Shown here one piece after another: positions 1-9,272 of a stretch of 64,000 bases of DNA. The notes under the pieces are model-generated. The model had not been told where the DNA came from and did not search any database. It saw nothing but the letters and a program-made list of their open reading frames with translations. Position 1 is the first letter of the stretch; each line of letters starts with the position of its first letter. Source of the stretch: an uncultured Chloroflexia bacterium (lineage in GTDB: Bacteria > Chloroflexota > Limnocylindria > QHBO01); assembly GCA_963825525.1 (NCBI GenBank), contig CAWGTN010000002.1, positions 1,035,829 through 1,099,828 on the forward strand, in the 5' to 3' direction. Made by a program: the position numbers and the translations under genes.

Positions 1-1226
1 TCGCGAGGCGGACCAGCTCCATGGGCGCCGGCGTCTCGGTGCCGTCGGGATGCATGCCGAACATGACGCTGCCGATCTCCACCGACCGGATCCCGCCTTC
101 CCGATACAGGGCTGCGGACAGTGACTGGCCCGGATACTCGAGCGGCGGGATGTGCGGGAGGAGCGCCCGGGCGTCGATGTACACGGCATGCCCGCCGATC
201 GGCTGGACGCAGGGGACGCCCGCGGCAACCAGCGCCTCACCGAGGTAGGCGGTCGAGCGGATCCTGTAGCGCAGGTAATCGTCCTCCACGACCTCGCGCA
301 GTCCCTGCGCCATGGCTTCGAGATCACGGCCAGAGAGGCCGCCGTAGGTGGGGAATCCCTCGGTCAGGATGAGCAGGTTGCGGCACTGCTCGGCCCATGC
401 GTCGTTGTTCATGGCCAGCCAGCCGCCGATGTTGGCGAGCGCGTCCTTCTTGCCGGACATCGTCATGCCATCGGCCAGGGCCGCGATCTCGCGCACGATG
501 TCCGGGATCGCGGCGTCGGCGTAGCCGTCCTCGCGCTGCTTGATGAACCACGCGTTCTCGGCGAAGCGACAGGCATCCAGGAACAGGGGCAGGCCGTAGC
601 GGTCGCAGACCTCGCGGACCGCCCGGAGATTTGCGAGCGACACGGGTTGACCCCCGCCCGAGTTGTTGGTGATGGTCACGAACACCACGGGGATGGCATC
701 GGGGCCGCGGTCGCGGATGAGCGCGTCGAGGGCATCGGTGTCCATGTTGCCTTTGAACGGGTGGATGGTTGCCGGCTCGCGACCCTCGGGGATCACGAGG
801 TCGACGGCCTCGGCGCCGGTGAACTCGACATTGGCGCGGGTCGTGTCGAAGTGCGTGTTCGACGGGATGACCTTGCCCGGCCCGCCGATGACGCTGAACA
901 GGATCTTCTCGGCCGCCCTGCCCTGGTGAGTCGGGATGACGTGGCGGAACGGCCAGAGCTCGGTGACCGACTCGAGGAATCGGAACCAGGAGGGGGAGCC
1001 GGCGTACGATTCGTCACCGCGCTGCACGCCCGCCCACTGCTCGCTGCTCATGGCGCCGGTCCCGGAGTCGGTGAGCAGGTCGATGAGCACGTCCGCGGCG
1101 TGAAGGTTGAACAGGTTATAGCCCGCCTCACGCAGCCTCTCATCGCGCTCCGCGACGCTGGTCAGGCGTATCGGCTCGACGCTCTTGATGCGGAAGGGCT
1201 CGATGATCGTGGTGAATCGGTCCATC
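1..1226 (-). CDS. tnaA: Tryptophanase / beta-eliminating lyase (PLP-dependent); C-terminus runs off the window start
   Basis: The reverse-strand translation MDRFTTIIEPFRIKSVEPIRLTS...NSGGGQPVSLANL...SGKKDALANIGGWLA aligns along its length with E. coli tryptophanase from memory. It is not in the ORF track because the stop lies beyond position 1. Start is the ATG at 1226. Confidence 0.85.
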
Positions 1227-1305
1227 GGCGCCGATGGTAGTCCGTTGCACGTGCTCGCCGATGATCCGGGTGGCGTCCGACGATCCGGCCATCCATGATG
1301 GCCAC

Positions 1306-2253
1306 ATGGGTCGAGCATTGGCGATCTGCGGTTGGCTTGCGTGGCAGACGCGCCGCCGCGTGGGCGGGTTCGTGGGTCAGGCCATTGCGCCGGCGCTTGC
1401 CCTCGTCCTCGTCATCGTCGGCCTGCTGCCGGCCGTGCTCCCCCTCCTCGACCCTCAGCCCCAGGACGCAACCGTCGAGGACGTGATCGGCGGCGACGTG
1501 AGCCAGCCCGACGGCTGGGTGCGGCTCGTCGGACGGACGATCCCGCTCGAGATGTCTCCGACCGGGGCTCCGGGACGCTATGCCCTGCTCATCGACGCCG
1601 CCAACCAGCTACGCGCAATCGTGATCCGGGCCCCGACGCTGGTTGCCCGCGACGAGATCGCGGTCACGGGCCATCTGACCGATGCCACCGTCCTCGTGAC
1701 GGAGGACCTGCCGATCGAGGCGACCGTGGCCGGCACCCCACCGGTCATCGTGAGCGACCAGCTGTTGACCCTCGACGCGACACCGAAACCGGTCCGGGCC
1801 GTGATGTGGCCACTGGGCATTCCCGCCCTGATGATGGCCGCGGTCCTGCTCGTCGGCGCAAGGGTCGGCTATCCGATCTTCCGACCTACCGTGTCGGTCG
1901 ACGTCCTGGCCCGCCCGCTGGCGGTCGGCGAGCGGATCCCGACCGCCTTCGGCGGTCGAGTCGGGCCTCTCGCCGCCGACCTGGCTGACCCTGCCGGCGC
2001 GCTGCTGCTCATGCGTCGCGACGAGCGCGCCAATCTGCTGACCGTGCAGCCGCTGGCATCGGAGCACGGTCCAGCGCCGAAGCCGGTGCTCATCGGCGGC
2101 GGCTGGACGGCCGGCCGCATCGGCTCGGTCCACACCATCTCCGAGACGATCGCCGCCCTTGAGGTCCGCTCCGAGCTGGTCGAAGCCACCTTCCTGTTTG
2201 CCCGAGACGCGGAGCGCGACCGAGTCGCGGCCCACATCAGCATCGACCGATGA
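1306..2253 (+). CDS. Hypothetical membrane protein (two predicted TM segments plus a globular region)
   Basis: ORF 1234..2253. The first ATG lies 8 bp from the divergent tnaA start, so a later start such as MGRAL at 1306 is more plausible. There are two hydrophobic helices and no recognisable family. Confidence 0.5.
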   Translation: MGRALAICGWLAWQTRRRVGGFVGQAIAPALALVLVIVGLLPAVLPLLDPQPQDATVEDVIGGDVSQPDGWVRLVGRTIPLEMSPTGAPGRYALLIDAANQLRAIVIRAPTLVARDEIAVTGHLTDATVLVTEDLPIEATVAGTPPVIVSDQLLTLDATPKPVRAVMWPLGIPALMMAAVLLVGARVGYPIFRPTVSVDVLARPLAVGERIPTAFGGRVGPLAADLADPAGALLLMRRDERANLLTVQPLASEHGPAPKPVLIGGGWTAGRIGSVHTISETIAALEVRSELVEATFLFARDAERDRVAAHISIDR

Positions 2254-2316
2254 GCCCAGGGCTTGCCCTGGCGCGAGAAGATACGTCGTCACACACCGCA
2301 TTCGGAGGACACGCCG

Positions 2317-2733
2317 ATGGCCTGGGAGTCACTCGGTGGCGAGCTCGCTTCTGCACCCGCGGTGACCAGCTGGGCGGCCAACGAGATGCAGGTCTTCGCG
2401 ATCCAACCTGACGGCGCCCTGTGGAACCGCTACTGGGACGGACGCCGCTGGCATGACTGGGAGTCGCTCGGCGGCGAGCTGGTGGGCAACCCGTCGGCCT
2501 GCAGCTGGGGCGCCGACCGCATCGATCTCTTTGCCCGCGGAGCCGATGGCTCGCTGCAGCACTGCTGGTATCAGCCCGGTGGCTGGACGGGCTGGGAATC
2601 GCTCGGCGGCGACCTGACCTCCGATCCGGCGGCAGCAAGCTGGGGGCCGAATCGGCTCGACGTGTTCGGGCGCGGTCCGGCGGGCGATCTTCAGCACGCG
2701 TGGTGGGACGGGTCTTCCTGGTCCTGGGACTGA
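2317..2733 (+). CDS. Three-repeat W-rich beta-propeller (lectin-like, PLL/tectonin-type repeats)
   Basis: Three tandem repeats of about 47 aa: W-ESLGG-x-L-x3-PA-x2-SWG-x2-R-x-D-(L/V)-F-x-RG-x-DG-x-LQH-x-W. There is a GGAGGA RBS 7 nt upstream of the ATG at 2317. No signal peptide is present. Confidence 0.7.
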   Translation: MAWESLGGELASAPAVTSWAANEMQVFAIQPDGALWNRYWDGRRWHDWESLGGELVGNPSACSWGADRIDLFARGADGSLQHCWYQPGGWTGWESLGGDLTSDPAAASWGPNRLDVFGRGPAGDLQHAWWDGSSWSWD

Positions 2734-2765
2734 TCCAGGCGGAGGGCATCGACCGTATCGGTGAC

Positions 2766-3269
2766 ATGACCACCCATCGCGTCCCGCATCCGTCGTCCGA
2801 CACCCGCGAATCCGCCTGGGACTACCCACGGCCACCGGCGATCAGCCCGTCGGATCGGCTCGTCCGAATCGTGCATGGCGGGGAGCTGATCGCCGAATCC
2901 CGACGCGCCCTGCGCGTGCTCGAGACCGCCGGCGCACCGGTCTGGTACCTGCCGTCCGCCGACGTGCGGCTCGACCTGCTGCGCCCCGCCATCGGCCATC
3001 AGACCCTTTGCGAGTGGAAGGGGGTGGCCGTGTACCTGGACATCGTGGTCGGCGGGCTGATCAGTGCCCGGGCCGCGTGGTCGTATCCGCATCCCATGGC
3101 CGGATACGAGCCGATTGCCGGCCATCTCGCGTTCTACGCGTCGCGCGTGGACGCCGCGACCGTGGATGGCGAGCTCGTCCGACCGCAGCCGGGTGGCTTC
3201 TACGGCGGCTGGGTCACCGATGACGTCGTCGGTCCGTTCAAGGGCGAGCCCGGCACCGAGGGCTGGTAG
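2766..3269 (+). CDS. DUF427 domain protein
   Basis: The conserved core CEWKG-A-Y-D...AAWSYP-P...AFY is typical of DUF427. Start is taken at MTTHRV. Confidence 0.65.
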   Translation: MTTHRVPHPSSDTRESAWDYPRPPAISPSDRLVRIVHGGELIAESRRALRVLETAGAPVWYLPSADVRLDLLRPAIGHQTLCEWKGVAVYLDIVVGGLISARAAWSYPHPMAGYEPIAGHLAFYASRVDAATVDGELVRPQPGGFYGGWVTDDVVGPFKGEPGTEGW

Positions 3270-3292
3270 CTCCCGCTGCAGCCGGTCCGGGC

Positions 3293-4669
3293 TCAGGCCA
3301 GCAGCATCACCACGATGGTCACCACGTAGGCGACGAGCAGCAACCCTCCCACCGCGAGGTTGAGGTTCACGTTGGTGCCCATCACCGCCATGAGCGTGTA
3401 CGGGCTGTCGTAGTGGACCTTGATTCCCCGGTGGACGCGGAACACGATCGGCAGCGCAGCCAGCGCGATGAGGGTGGGCCAGGGAAGCACGCCCGCGGCC
3501 GCGCCGATGACGACCACGCCGAAGGCCGCCAGGGCCGCCACCAGGTAGGCCGCCTGGATGATCCGTGGCGAGAACCGGACCGGCAAGGTGCGCTTTCCGG
3601 CCTCGGCATCGCTGCGCCGATCGGGTATCTCGTTCACGAACAGGATGAGGGAGATGAGAATGCCCGGCACGAACGACAGCACCAGCGGCTCCACGGCGAT
3701 TTCGCCGGTCTGGACCACGTAGGCGCCCAGCAGCATGATCGGGCCGAAGCCGATGGCGACCGCGAACTCGCCGAGCCCCCGATAGACGAGCTTCAGCGGG
3801 GGCGCCGTATAGGCGATGCCGACCACGATCCCGGCCACGCCGATCCACAGCAGCGTCATCGAACCGGTGACTGCCACGAGGAGGAGGCCGATGAGCGCTG
3901 CAACACCGAACAGGCCAACGCTGAGCTGGGTCAGGCCACGGATCGTCACGAGATCGTACACCGCCACCCGCGAGCCTCCCGAGAACTGGGTGGGGGTTGT
4001 GTTGGCGTCATCGGCCCCTGAGAGCGTGTCGAAGATGTCGTTCGAAACGTTGATGGCAAGGTGCGCGAATGAACCGCCGATGAGGGTCAGCAGCGCCGTC
4101 CACCAGGTGAACGCCCCGTGGCTGGCGGCCACCGCGATCCCCAGCAGCACCGGGACTGCGGTCGCCGAAAGGAACGGCAGGCGCGTCGTGCGCAGGGCGA
4201 GCCAGAACGGGCTCAGTTTGGGCCGGATGGTCCGGCCCTTCTCGATCGAGAGCTGACCCAGGTAGCGCCGGGACTGCGGGACGGATCGCTCGGAATACTC
4301 GAAGAACGGGACCTCGGTCTCGTCCCATCCCCAGGCCCGGGTCGGCGTGAAGGTGACTCCGTCGGTGGTCCGACCCCAGAGCTGGATATAGCGACGCTCG
4401 TCGTAGCCGATCCCCTCCTGTGGGTGAATGTGGCTGCCCATCACGCTGACCTCGCGATCGGCCGGAATCGGCATGGCGGCCGGGACGCTCAGGGTCACGC
4501 GCCCGGCGGGCGCGTCCACCGCGAACGATGTGGCCACGCTGGTCGGATACCCCGCATCATCGATCCAGCTCACGATCACGTGCGGGTACGCGGCGAGTCG
4601 CTCGAGGTCGGCCGGGGTCGGATCGTGGGCCGGGATGGAGCCGGACCGCATCGGGGTGGCGGTGGTCAT
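3293..4669 (-). CDS. Fusion protein: N-terminal PNPOx-like FMN-binding split barrel (about 150 aa) plus C-terminal UbiA-family prenyltransferase (MenA-like)
   Basis: The UbiA Asp-rich motifs NDIFDTLSGAD and DRRSDAEAGKRTL are present within 8-9 TM helices. The N-terminus (HVIVSWIDDAGYPTSVATSF...) resembles pyridoxamine-5'-phosphate-oxidase split barrels. The start MTTATPM overlaps the upstream gene's stop as ATGA. Confidence 0.8.
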   Translation of the reverse strand: MTTATPMRSGSIPAHDPTPADLERLAAYPHVIVSWIDDAGYPTSVATSFAVDAPAGRVTLSVPAAMPIPADREVSVMGSHIHPQEGIGYDERRYIQLWGRTTDGVTFTPTRAWGWDETEVPFFEYSERSVPQSRRYLGQLSIEKGRTIRPKLSPFWLALRTTRLPFLSATAVPVLLGIAVAASHGAFTWWTALLTLIGGSFAHLAINVSNDIFDTLSGADDANTTPTQFSGGSRVAVYDLVTIRGLTQLSVGLFGVAALIGLLLVAVTGSMTLLWIGVAGIVVGIAYTAPPLKLVYRGLGEFAVAIGFGPIMLLGAYVVQTGEIAVEPLVLSFVPGILISLILFVNEIPDRRSDAEAGKRTLPVRFSPRIIQAAYLVAALAAFGVVVIGAAAGVLPWPTLIALAALPIVFRVHRGIKVHYDSPYTLMAVMGTNVNLNLAVGGLLLVAYVVTIVVMLLA

Positions 4670-5178
4670 CACGCGACCTCCTGGCGCGGGGCGAGGCTCT
4701 CGATCGGAGGCCGGTCCGTTCGACCGTCGGGCCAGTACAGCGCGCGCTCCGGGGTGATCTCGATCACGGCACGCTCGAAGAACAGCGGCAGCGCGACGCG
4801 TGCCTTGAGGAAGTCGTTGATGGCCGGCTCCTTCGCCCGCCACAGATCGAGAATCAGGCGCTCCCAGTCGGCGTGCGGGTCGTCGTCGATGACCCGGGCC
4901 GTTCCCTGGATCGTGGCGCGGTCGAGATTGCCCTTCATGGCGACCGGATCGGTCAGCGCCAGGCTGACTCGCGGATCGCGCTTGATGTGCTCGAGCTTCT
5001 TGCTGAACAGCGTGGACGAGTGAAGGTAGATCTTGTCGCCGTCATAGAGCGGGATGAGCGGGTGGCTGACCGGTCGCCCGTTGCGCCCGATGACGGTGAG
5101 CTCACCGACCAGCGCGACCTCAAGCAGGCGCTCGATCGGTTCTGCCAGCCATCCCATCGGGGTCTCCATCTGATGCAA
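4669..5178 (-). CDS. Pyridoxamine 5'-phosphate oxidase-like (PPOX/F420- or FMN-binding split-barrel) protein
   Basis: The translation LVGELTVIGRNGRPVSHPLIPLYDGDKIYLHSS...LTDPVAMKGNLDRATIQGTARVIDD is typical of PNPOx-like and general stress protein 26-type folds. It overlaps the downstream fusion gene as ATGA. An AT-rich promoter-like stretch lies upstream at 5180-5230. Confidence 0.75.
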   Translation of the reverse strand: MHQMETPMGWLAEPIERLLEVALVGELTVIGRNGRPVSHPLIPLYDGDKIYLHSSTLFSKKLEHIKRDPRVSLALTDPVAMKGNLDRATIQGTARVIDDDPHADWERLILDLWRAKEPAINDFLKARVALPLFFERAVIEITPERALYWPDGRTDRPPIESLAPRQEVA

Positions 5179-5470
5179 ATAACGTGGTACCTGATCCTAG
5201 CATGATTACGTCTCAGGGTCCGCCGACGCATCAGTCAGCGGGTGGCACGCGGGCTGCATCTCGCGATGGCATGACGATCCAGCAACCGCCGCCCGACCAC
5301 GTTCCGGACACGCCTGACGAAGACCCGGCCCGCGACGGGGCCCCGGAGCCCGAACAGCAAGCACCCGGTGCCGATGAGACACCCGTCGGGGCACCGCGGG
5401 ACGAGCCCGACCCGGTGGAATGACCGTGAGCGACCCGGCCCGTCCGGCCGGATCGCTCACACGGAGCCGA

Positions 5471-8400
5471 TCAGCGGTGGATCTTGATCTGGCCGTTGCG
5501 GATCGCCGCCGGCGCCCCGGTGTCGATGACGACGTCGCCCGTCGCCAGCTCCCAGATTCGGATCGCGAGGCGGTCCGGGCCATCGGTCACCGACACGCGG
5601 TAGGCGTAGCCCGAGGCACCGTTCACGGTACCGGTCCCGGCGTAGCGGGCGGCCGAGCCGTCCGGCTCCGCCACCAGCCACTCCACGTTGGACGACACGA
5701 ATGACATCCCGGGCAGGGTGAACGTCGTGTCGCCGCTCGGCACCAGGGACTGGTTCTGGTACTTCGCCGACAGCTCGAACGATGCGATCCCGGAGCCGGT
5801 CGTGATTCGTCCTCCGCCGGTCACCTTGCTGTGCAGGGCGGGGTTGAGACCCACGAGCACCGGATCGTGATCGGACGATCGGAACGGGTCAGGCGCATAC
5901 AGGGTCGTCCGGTGGTTGGCCGACTTGAACTCCACGTTGTAGTCGAGGACGGGAGGCTCGTCGGTGTTGATGTGCCACGGGGCGGCATCGATGACCTGCG
6001 CCTGGAACGACGCCGTTGCCTGGGCATGATCCAGGTAGCCCGATGCCCCCTGGAACACGTAGGTGTACGCGGCGGGACCCTCGAATTCCCACAGCAGGTC
6101 GTGGAAGCCGGCATCGGCGAGGGCGTCGATCGGCGTCTCCATGGCGTAGCTGTTGAGGTCGCCGATGATCACCGCATCGGGATCGCCGGACGCCGTCGGA
6201 TCGGCCAGCAGCCAGTCCGCGAGGGCCTCAGCCGCCGAGGTGCGTGTCTCGTTGCAGTTGCCGCCCAGATGGTCCGGCTGGTCGTCACCGATCCCACAGC
6301 CCGAACCCTTCGACTTCAGGTGGTTGACGGCCACGGTGAAGACGGCGCCGGTCGCCGTCTCGGTGAACGACTGCGCGAGAGCCGGGCGGCTGCGCGTGTC
6401 GTCGAACCGCGGATCCACGCTCGAGTCGAGGATCGCAAAGGCTCCCGTCGGGCTCACCTCGGCCGGCTGATAGATGATCGCGACCGCGATCTCGTCGGTG
6501 CCGACGACGCCGGTGCGGACATAGTCGTACGTCCCCGCCCCGACGCTGGCGTTGAGGCCGGCCACCAGGGTCGCGATGGCCGGGGTCGCATCGGCCCCGT
6601 CATTCTCGATCTCCATGAGGCCGACCACCTCCGCATCCATGGCGGCTATGGCGGAGACGATCTTGGCGTGCTGCCGATCAAACTCGGCGGGGGTGTTCGC
6701 CCCACGGGCGGTGGGGAAGCCACCACCGGCACCATCACCGTTGAAGTAGTTCAGGACGTTGAAGGCGGCGACCTGGATGCGCCCACCAACGGCCGGCGGA
6801 GCGGTCGGGCGGCTTGCCGCGCCGTCGAACGTGATCTCACCCAGCGGCTGGAGCCGATACGAGCCGAATCCCTCGTGCACGATGGCGGTCAGGCCCGAGA
6901 CGGATGCCCCGGTTCGCAGGGTGTTGGTGGCGGACAGACCCCCGGTCGGATATCGGGTCGGATCCGCGTTCTGACTGGTGTTGGCGTCGTCCAGGATGAT
7001 CCTGGTTCGCGCGTTGAGATCGGAGACCGCCAGCGCGTCCGCACCCGGCTCGGCCTGGTGGGTGCCCTGGTACTGGCGACCGAGCGAGCTGAGCACGACT
7101 TCACCGAATCGGCCGAGGCTGAAGTTCTCGGTCACCGTCATGGTCTGGGTGAAGCTGGCCAGCATCCCCTCCCAGCGCTCCCAGTCCCCCGTCGCGCTGA
7201 CGGGAAGCGTGATCTGGGCCGGCGACGCCGAGTATCCCGTGTCGCAGACGGTGACCCGGGTGCCGACCTGGTCGATCTGGGTCAGTCCGCTGAACTCCGT
7301 CGCGCGTCCCGTCACGCTGACGAGATCGCCGGGCGCGACCGGCACGCTGTTGGTGCCATCGAAGACGAAGATGGCCTCCGAGGTCATCGGGTCCGCATCG
7401 GCGTCCGCATCCTCCTCCTGGACGAAGAAGCCACGGAGCGTCGGGGATGACCCCTGGTAGTCACCGACCACGACACCCTGGACCGTCACCGTGGTCCCGG
7501 AGATCGGAGTGCTGGTGCCTGATCCCTGGACGTCGTGGATCAGGTGGGTTGCCGGCGCACAGAATGTGCCGACACTGAAGGAGAACACGTGATCCGCGGC
7601 CATCGCGTCCGGAGGATCCTCGACGTCCTGGTCGCTCACGTTGGCGGCGACCACGGTGACCGTGCAGGTGTCCCCGTTCACGAAATTGGCGTCCGGGTCG
7701 AGCGAGAAGGTGCTCGGGCCGCCGGATGCGACCGCGGTGTGCGCCCCGCTCGTGCAACCGATGCTGAACCACGCCCCGCTGACGTTGACGGGCTCGCTGA
7801 AGGTGATGTCGACGTTGGCATCGACCGTGACCCCGGTCGCACCGCTGGCAGGGGACGTGACACTCACCACGGGGGCCGCGTCGCCCTGGGTCACGGTGTG
7901 GGCTCCGAGGCCGTTGAACGTGTCGGTGGCGTAGCCGTCCCACTCAACCGACGGGTCGAACGCATCGGCGCCGTTGGTGTCGCCGGCGGCAATCGCCACC
8001 TTGCGTCGCAGGGTGTTGTCGGCGGTGCTGGTGAGGCCGGTGCCCCACTCCGTTCCCGGGTCGAAGCCGATCTGGCCGACGACGTCGAGGATGGTCGTCC
8101 CGTGGCGGAGGACGACGGCATCGTCGCCGTTGTACCAACTGGCTCCGTTCGTCTGGTCTGCCTGTGCAAGGATCGCCGCGCTGGCAGCCGACTGGGCCAA
8201 AACGTACACATCACCGTTCGCCACGGATCCGGTCAGGTTGACCGTGGTACCGACGGTCACACCGCCGTTGAAGTACATCTGGACGCTGTAGGCCTCGGCG
8301 GCAAGGTCGATGGTCGCGCCGGTCCCGTTGTAGATCTCGAGCGCCTTGTTGTTGCTCGACCCCTCGATGTACTCGCTGAAGAAGAGCTCGGACGAAGCGG

Positions 8401-8491
8401 CGCGGGTCGTCGCAGGGGCGACGAAGGGCACCAGCGCGGCGAGCACCAGCGCGAGCGTCGTGAGGAGCGCGAAGCCGCGCTGCATGGGCAT
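5471..8491 (-). CDS. Secreted ExeM/NucH-family extracellular nuclease (lamin-tail domain plus endonuclease/exonuclease/phosphatase domain)
   Basis: A signal peptide MPMQRGFALLTTLALVLAALVPFVAPATTRAAS is followed by an LTD motif SELFFSEYIEGSSNNKALEIYNGTG. An EEP-fold segment VAAFNVLNYF...GDLNSY...SDHDPV follows. This domain order matches the ExeM/NucH family. Confidence 0.85.
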   Translation of the reverse strand: MPMQRGFALLTTLALVLAALVPFVAPATTRAASSELFFSEYIEGSSNNKALEIYNGTGATIDLAAEAYSVQMYFNGGVTVGTTVNLTGSVANGDVYVLAQSAASAAILAQADQTNGASWYNGDDAVVLRHGTTILDVVGQIGFDPGTEWGTGLTSTADNTLRRKVAIAAGDTNGADAFDPSVEWDGYATDTFNGLGAHTVTQGDAAPVVSVTSPASGATGVTVDANVDITFSEPVNVSGAWFSIGCTSGAHTAVASGGPSTFSLDPDANFVNGDTCTVTVVAANVSDQDVEDPPDAMAADHVFSFSVGTFCAPATHLIHDVQGSGTSTPISGTTVTVQGVVVGDYQGSSPTLRGFFVQEEDADADADPMTSEAIFVFDGTNSVPVAPGDLVSVTGRATEFSGLTQIDQVGTRVTVCDTGYSASPAQITLPVSATGDWERWEGMLASFTQTMTVTENFSLGRFGEVVLSSLGRQYQGTHQAEPGADALAVSDLNARTRIILDDANTSQNADPTRYPTGGLSATNTLRTGASVSGLTAIVHEGFGSYRLQPLGEITFDGAASRPTAPPAVGGRIQVAAFNVLNYFNGDGAGGGFPTARGANTPAEFDRQHAKIVSAIAAMDAEVVGLMEIENDGADATPAIATLVAGLNASVGAGTYDYVRTGVVGTDEIAVAIIYQPAEVSPTGAFAILDSSVDPRFDDTRSRPALAQSFTETATGAVFTVAVNHLKSKGSGCGIGDDQPDHLGGNCNETRTSAAEALADWLLADPTASGDPDAVIIGDLNSYAMETPIDALADAGFHDLLWEFEGPAAYTYVFQGASGYLDHAQATASFQAQVIDAAPWHINTDEPPVLDYNVEFKSANHRTTLYAPDPFRSSDHDPVLVGLNPALHSKVTGGGRITTGSGIASFELSAKYQNQSLVPSGDTTFTLPGMSFVSSNVEWLVAEPDGSAARYAGTGTVNGASGYAYRVSVTDGPDRLAIRIWELATGDVVIDTGAPAAIRNGQIKIHR

Positions 8492-8598
8492 CGAGACGGT
8501 CGTGGACACGGGTCAGAGGCCTCCGGCGAGCATGATGGGGTGGTGCTCAACCTTATCGCGGATCGAACCGGTCACAATGGGATTTCGGTCATTGCCAC

Positions 8599-8826
8599 AT
8601 GAAACGATCAGTGCCTCCACCATCCGTCGCAGACTGGCCCGGACTGTGCAGAACCTGTGCACATGCCCACCGAATCGTCACCGCACGGGGCAGCGAGTTC
8701 TGGCGGTGTCGCCTGTCCGATGCCGACGCACGCTTCGCGCGTTACCCCCAGCTGCCGGTCGTTCGCTGCATCGGACATGCTGCGCCGGAACTTCCCACCG
8801 AACGAGGTCGTCTGAACACACCGTGA
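8599..8826 (+). CDS. Small Cys-containing hypothetical protein (75 aa)
   Basis: The ORF has four Cys (CRTC...C...C). Its stop overlaps the downstream lipoprotein start as GTGA. It has no family support and could be spurious. Confidence 0.3.
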   Translation: MKRSVPPPSVADWPGLCRTCAHAHRIVTARGSEFWRCRLSDADARFARYPQLPVVRCIGHAAPELPTERGRLNTP

Positions 8827-9272
8827 ACCATCGAAGCTCCACCCCCGTGCTGACGGGCATCGTGGCGGTGTTCCTCGCAGCGTGCGCCGCGCCCGGCGTC
8901 ACCATCGATCCGTCATCCCTCGAGTCATTCCCGGCGGCTTCTACGCCCGCCAGCGCCAGCCACGGTGCCAGCCCGTCAGGAGCCGAGGCTGCCGATGCGC
9001 CGACGGGGATCCCGAACGAGGTGTGGACAGCGGTCCTCGACGATCTCAGCCGCCGTCTCCAGCGGCCGGTCACCGACCCGGTGGTCACCTCGGCGGAACC
9101 CATGACCTGGAATGACGGATCCCTTGGCTGCCCGAAGCCAGGCCAGGTGTACACGCAGGCGCTGGTGGATGGCTTCCAGGTCGTGGTGGAGGTGGACGGC
9201 GAGCAGTTCGACTATCGATCCTCCGGCGGCGACAGCGTTCGCCTGTGCGAGGGCATGATCGAGGGCGGCTGA
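8823..9272 (+). CDS. Putative lipoprotein, hypothetical
   Basis: GTG start at 8823. The N-terminus VNHRSSTPVLTGIVAVFLAAC carries a lipobox. The upstream portion of track ORF 8346..9272 is antisense to the nuclease. Confidence 0.55.
   Translation: MNHRSSTPVLTGIVAVFLAACAAPGVTIDPSSLESFPAASTPASASHGASPSGAEAADAPTGIPNEVWTAVLDDLSRRLQRPVTDPVVTSAEPMTWNDGSLGCPKPGQVYTQALVDGFQVVVEVDGEQFDYRSSGGDSVRLCEGMIEGG

Noticed and set aside
152-1240. 362-aa plus-strand ORF covering the window start
   Set aside because: It is antisense to a clear tryptophanase gene on the minus strand. It is a typical high-GC artefact with no family resemblance.
5184-5423. 79-aa Pro/Asp/Glu-rich plus-strand ORF between the PNPOx gene and the nuclease gene
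   Set aside because: It has low-complexity composition, no start context and no family. It lies in what is more likely the promoter region of the minus-strand PNPOx/UbiA operon.
5831-8602. Long plus-strand ORFs (539 aa and 355 aa) over 5.8-8.6 kb
   Set aside because: They are antisense to the ExeM/NucH nuclease gene. They show no domain signal and have Arg/Gly-rich low-complexity translations.
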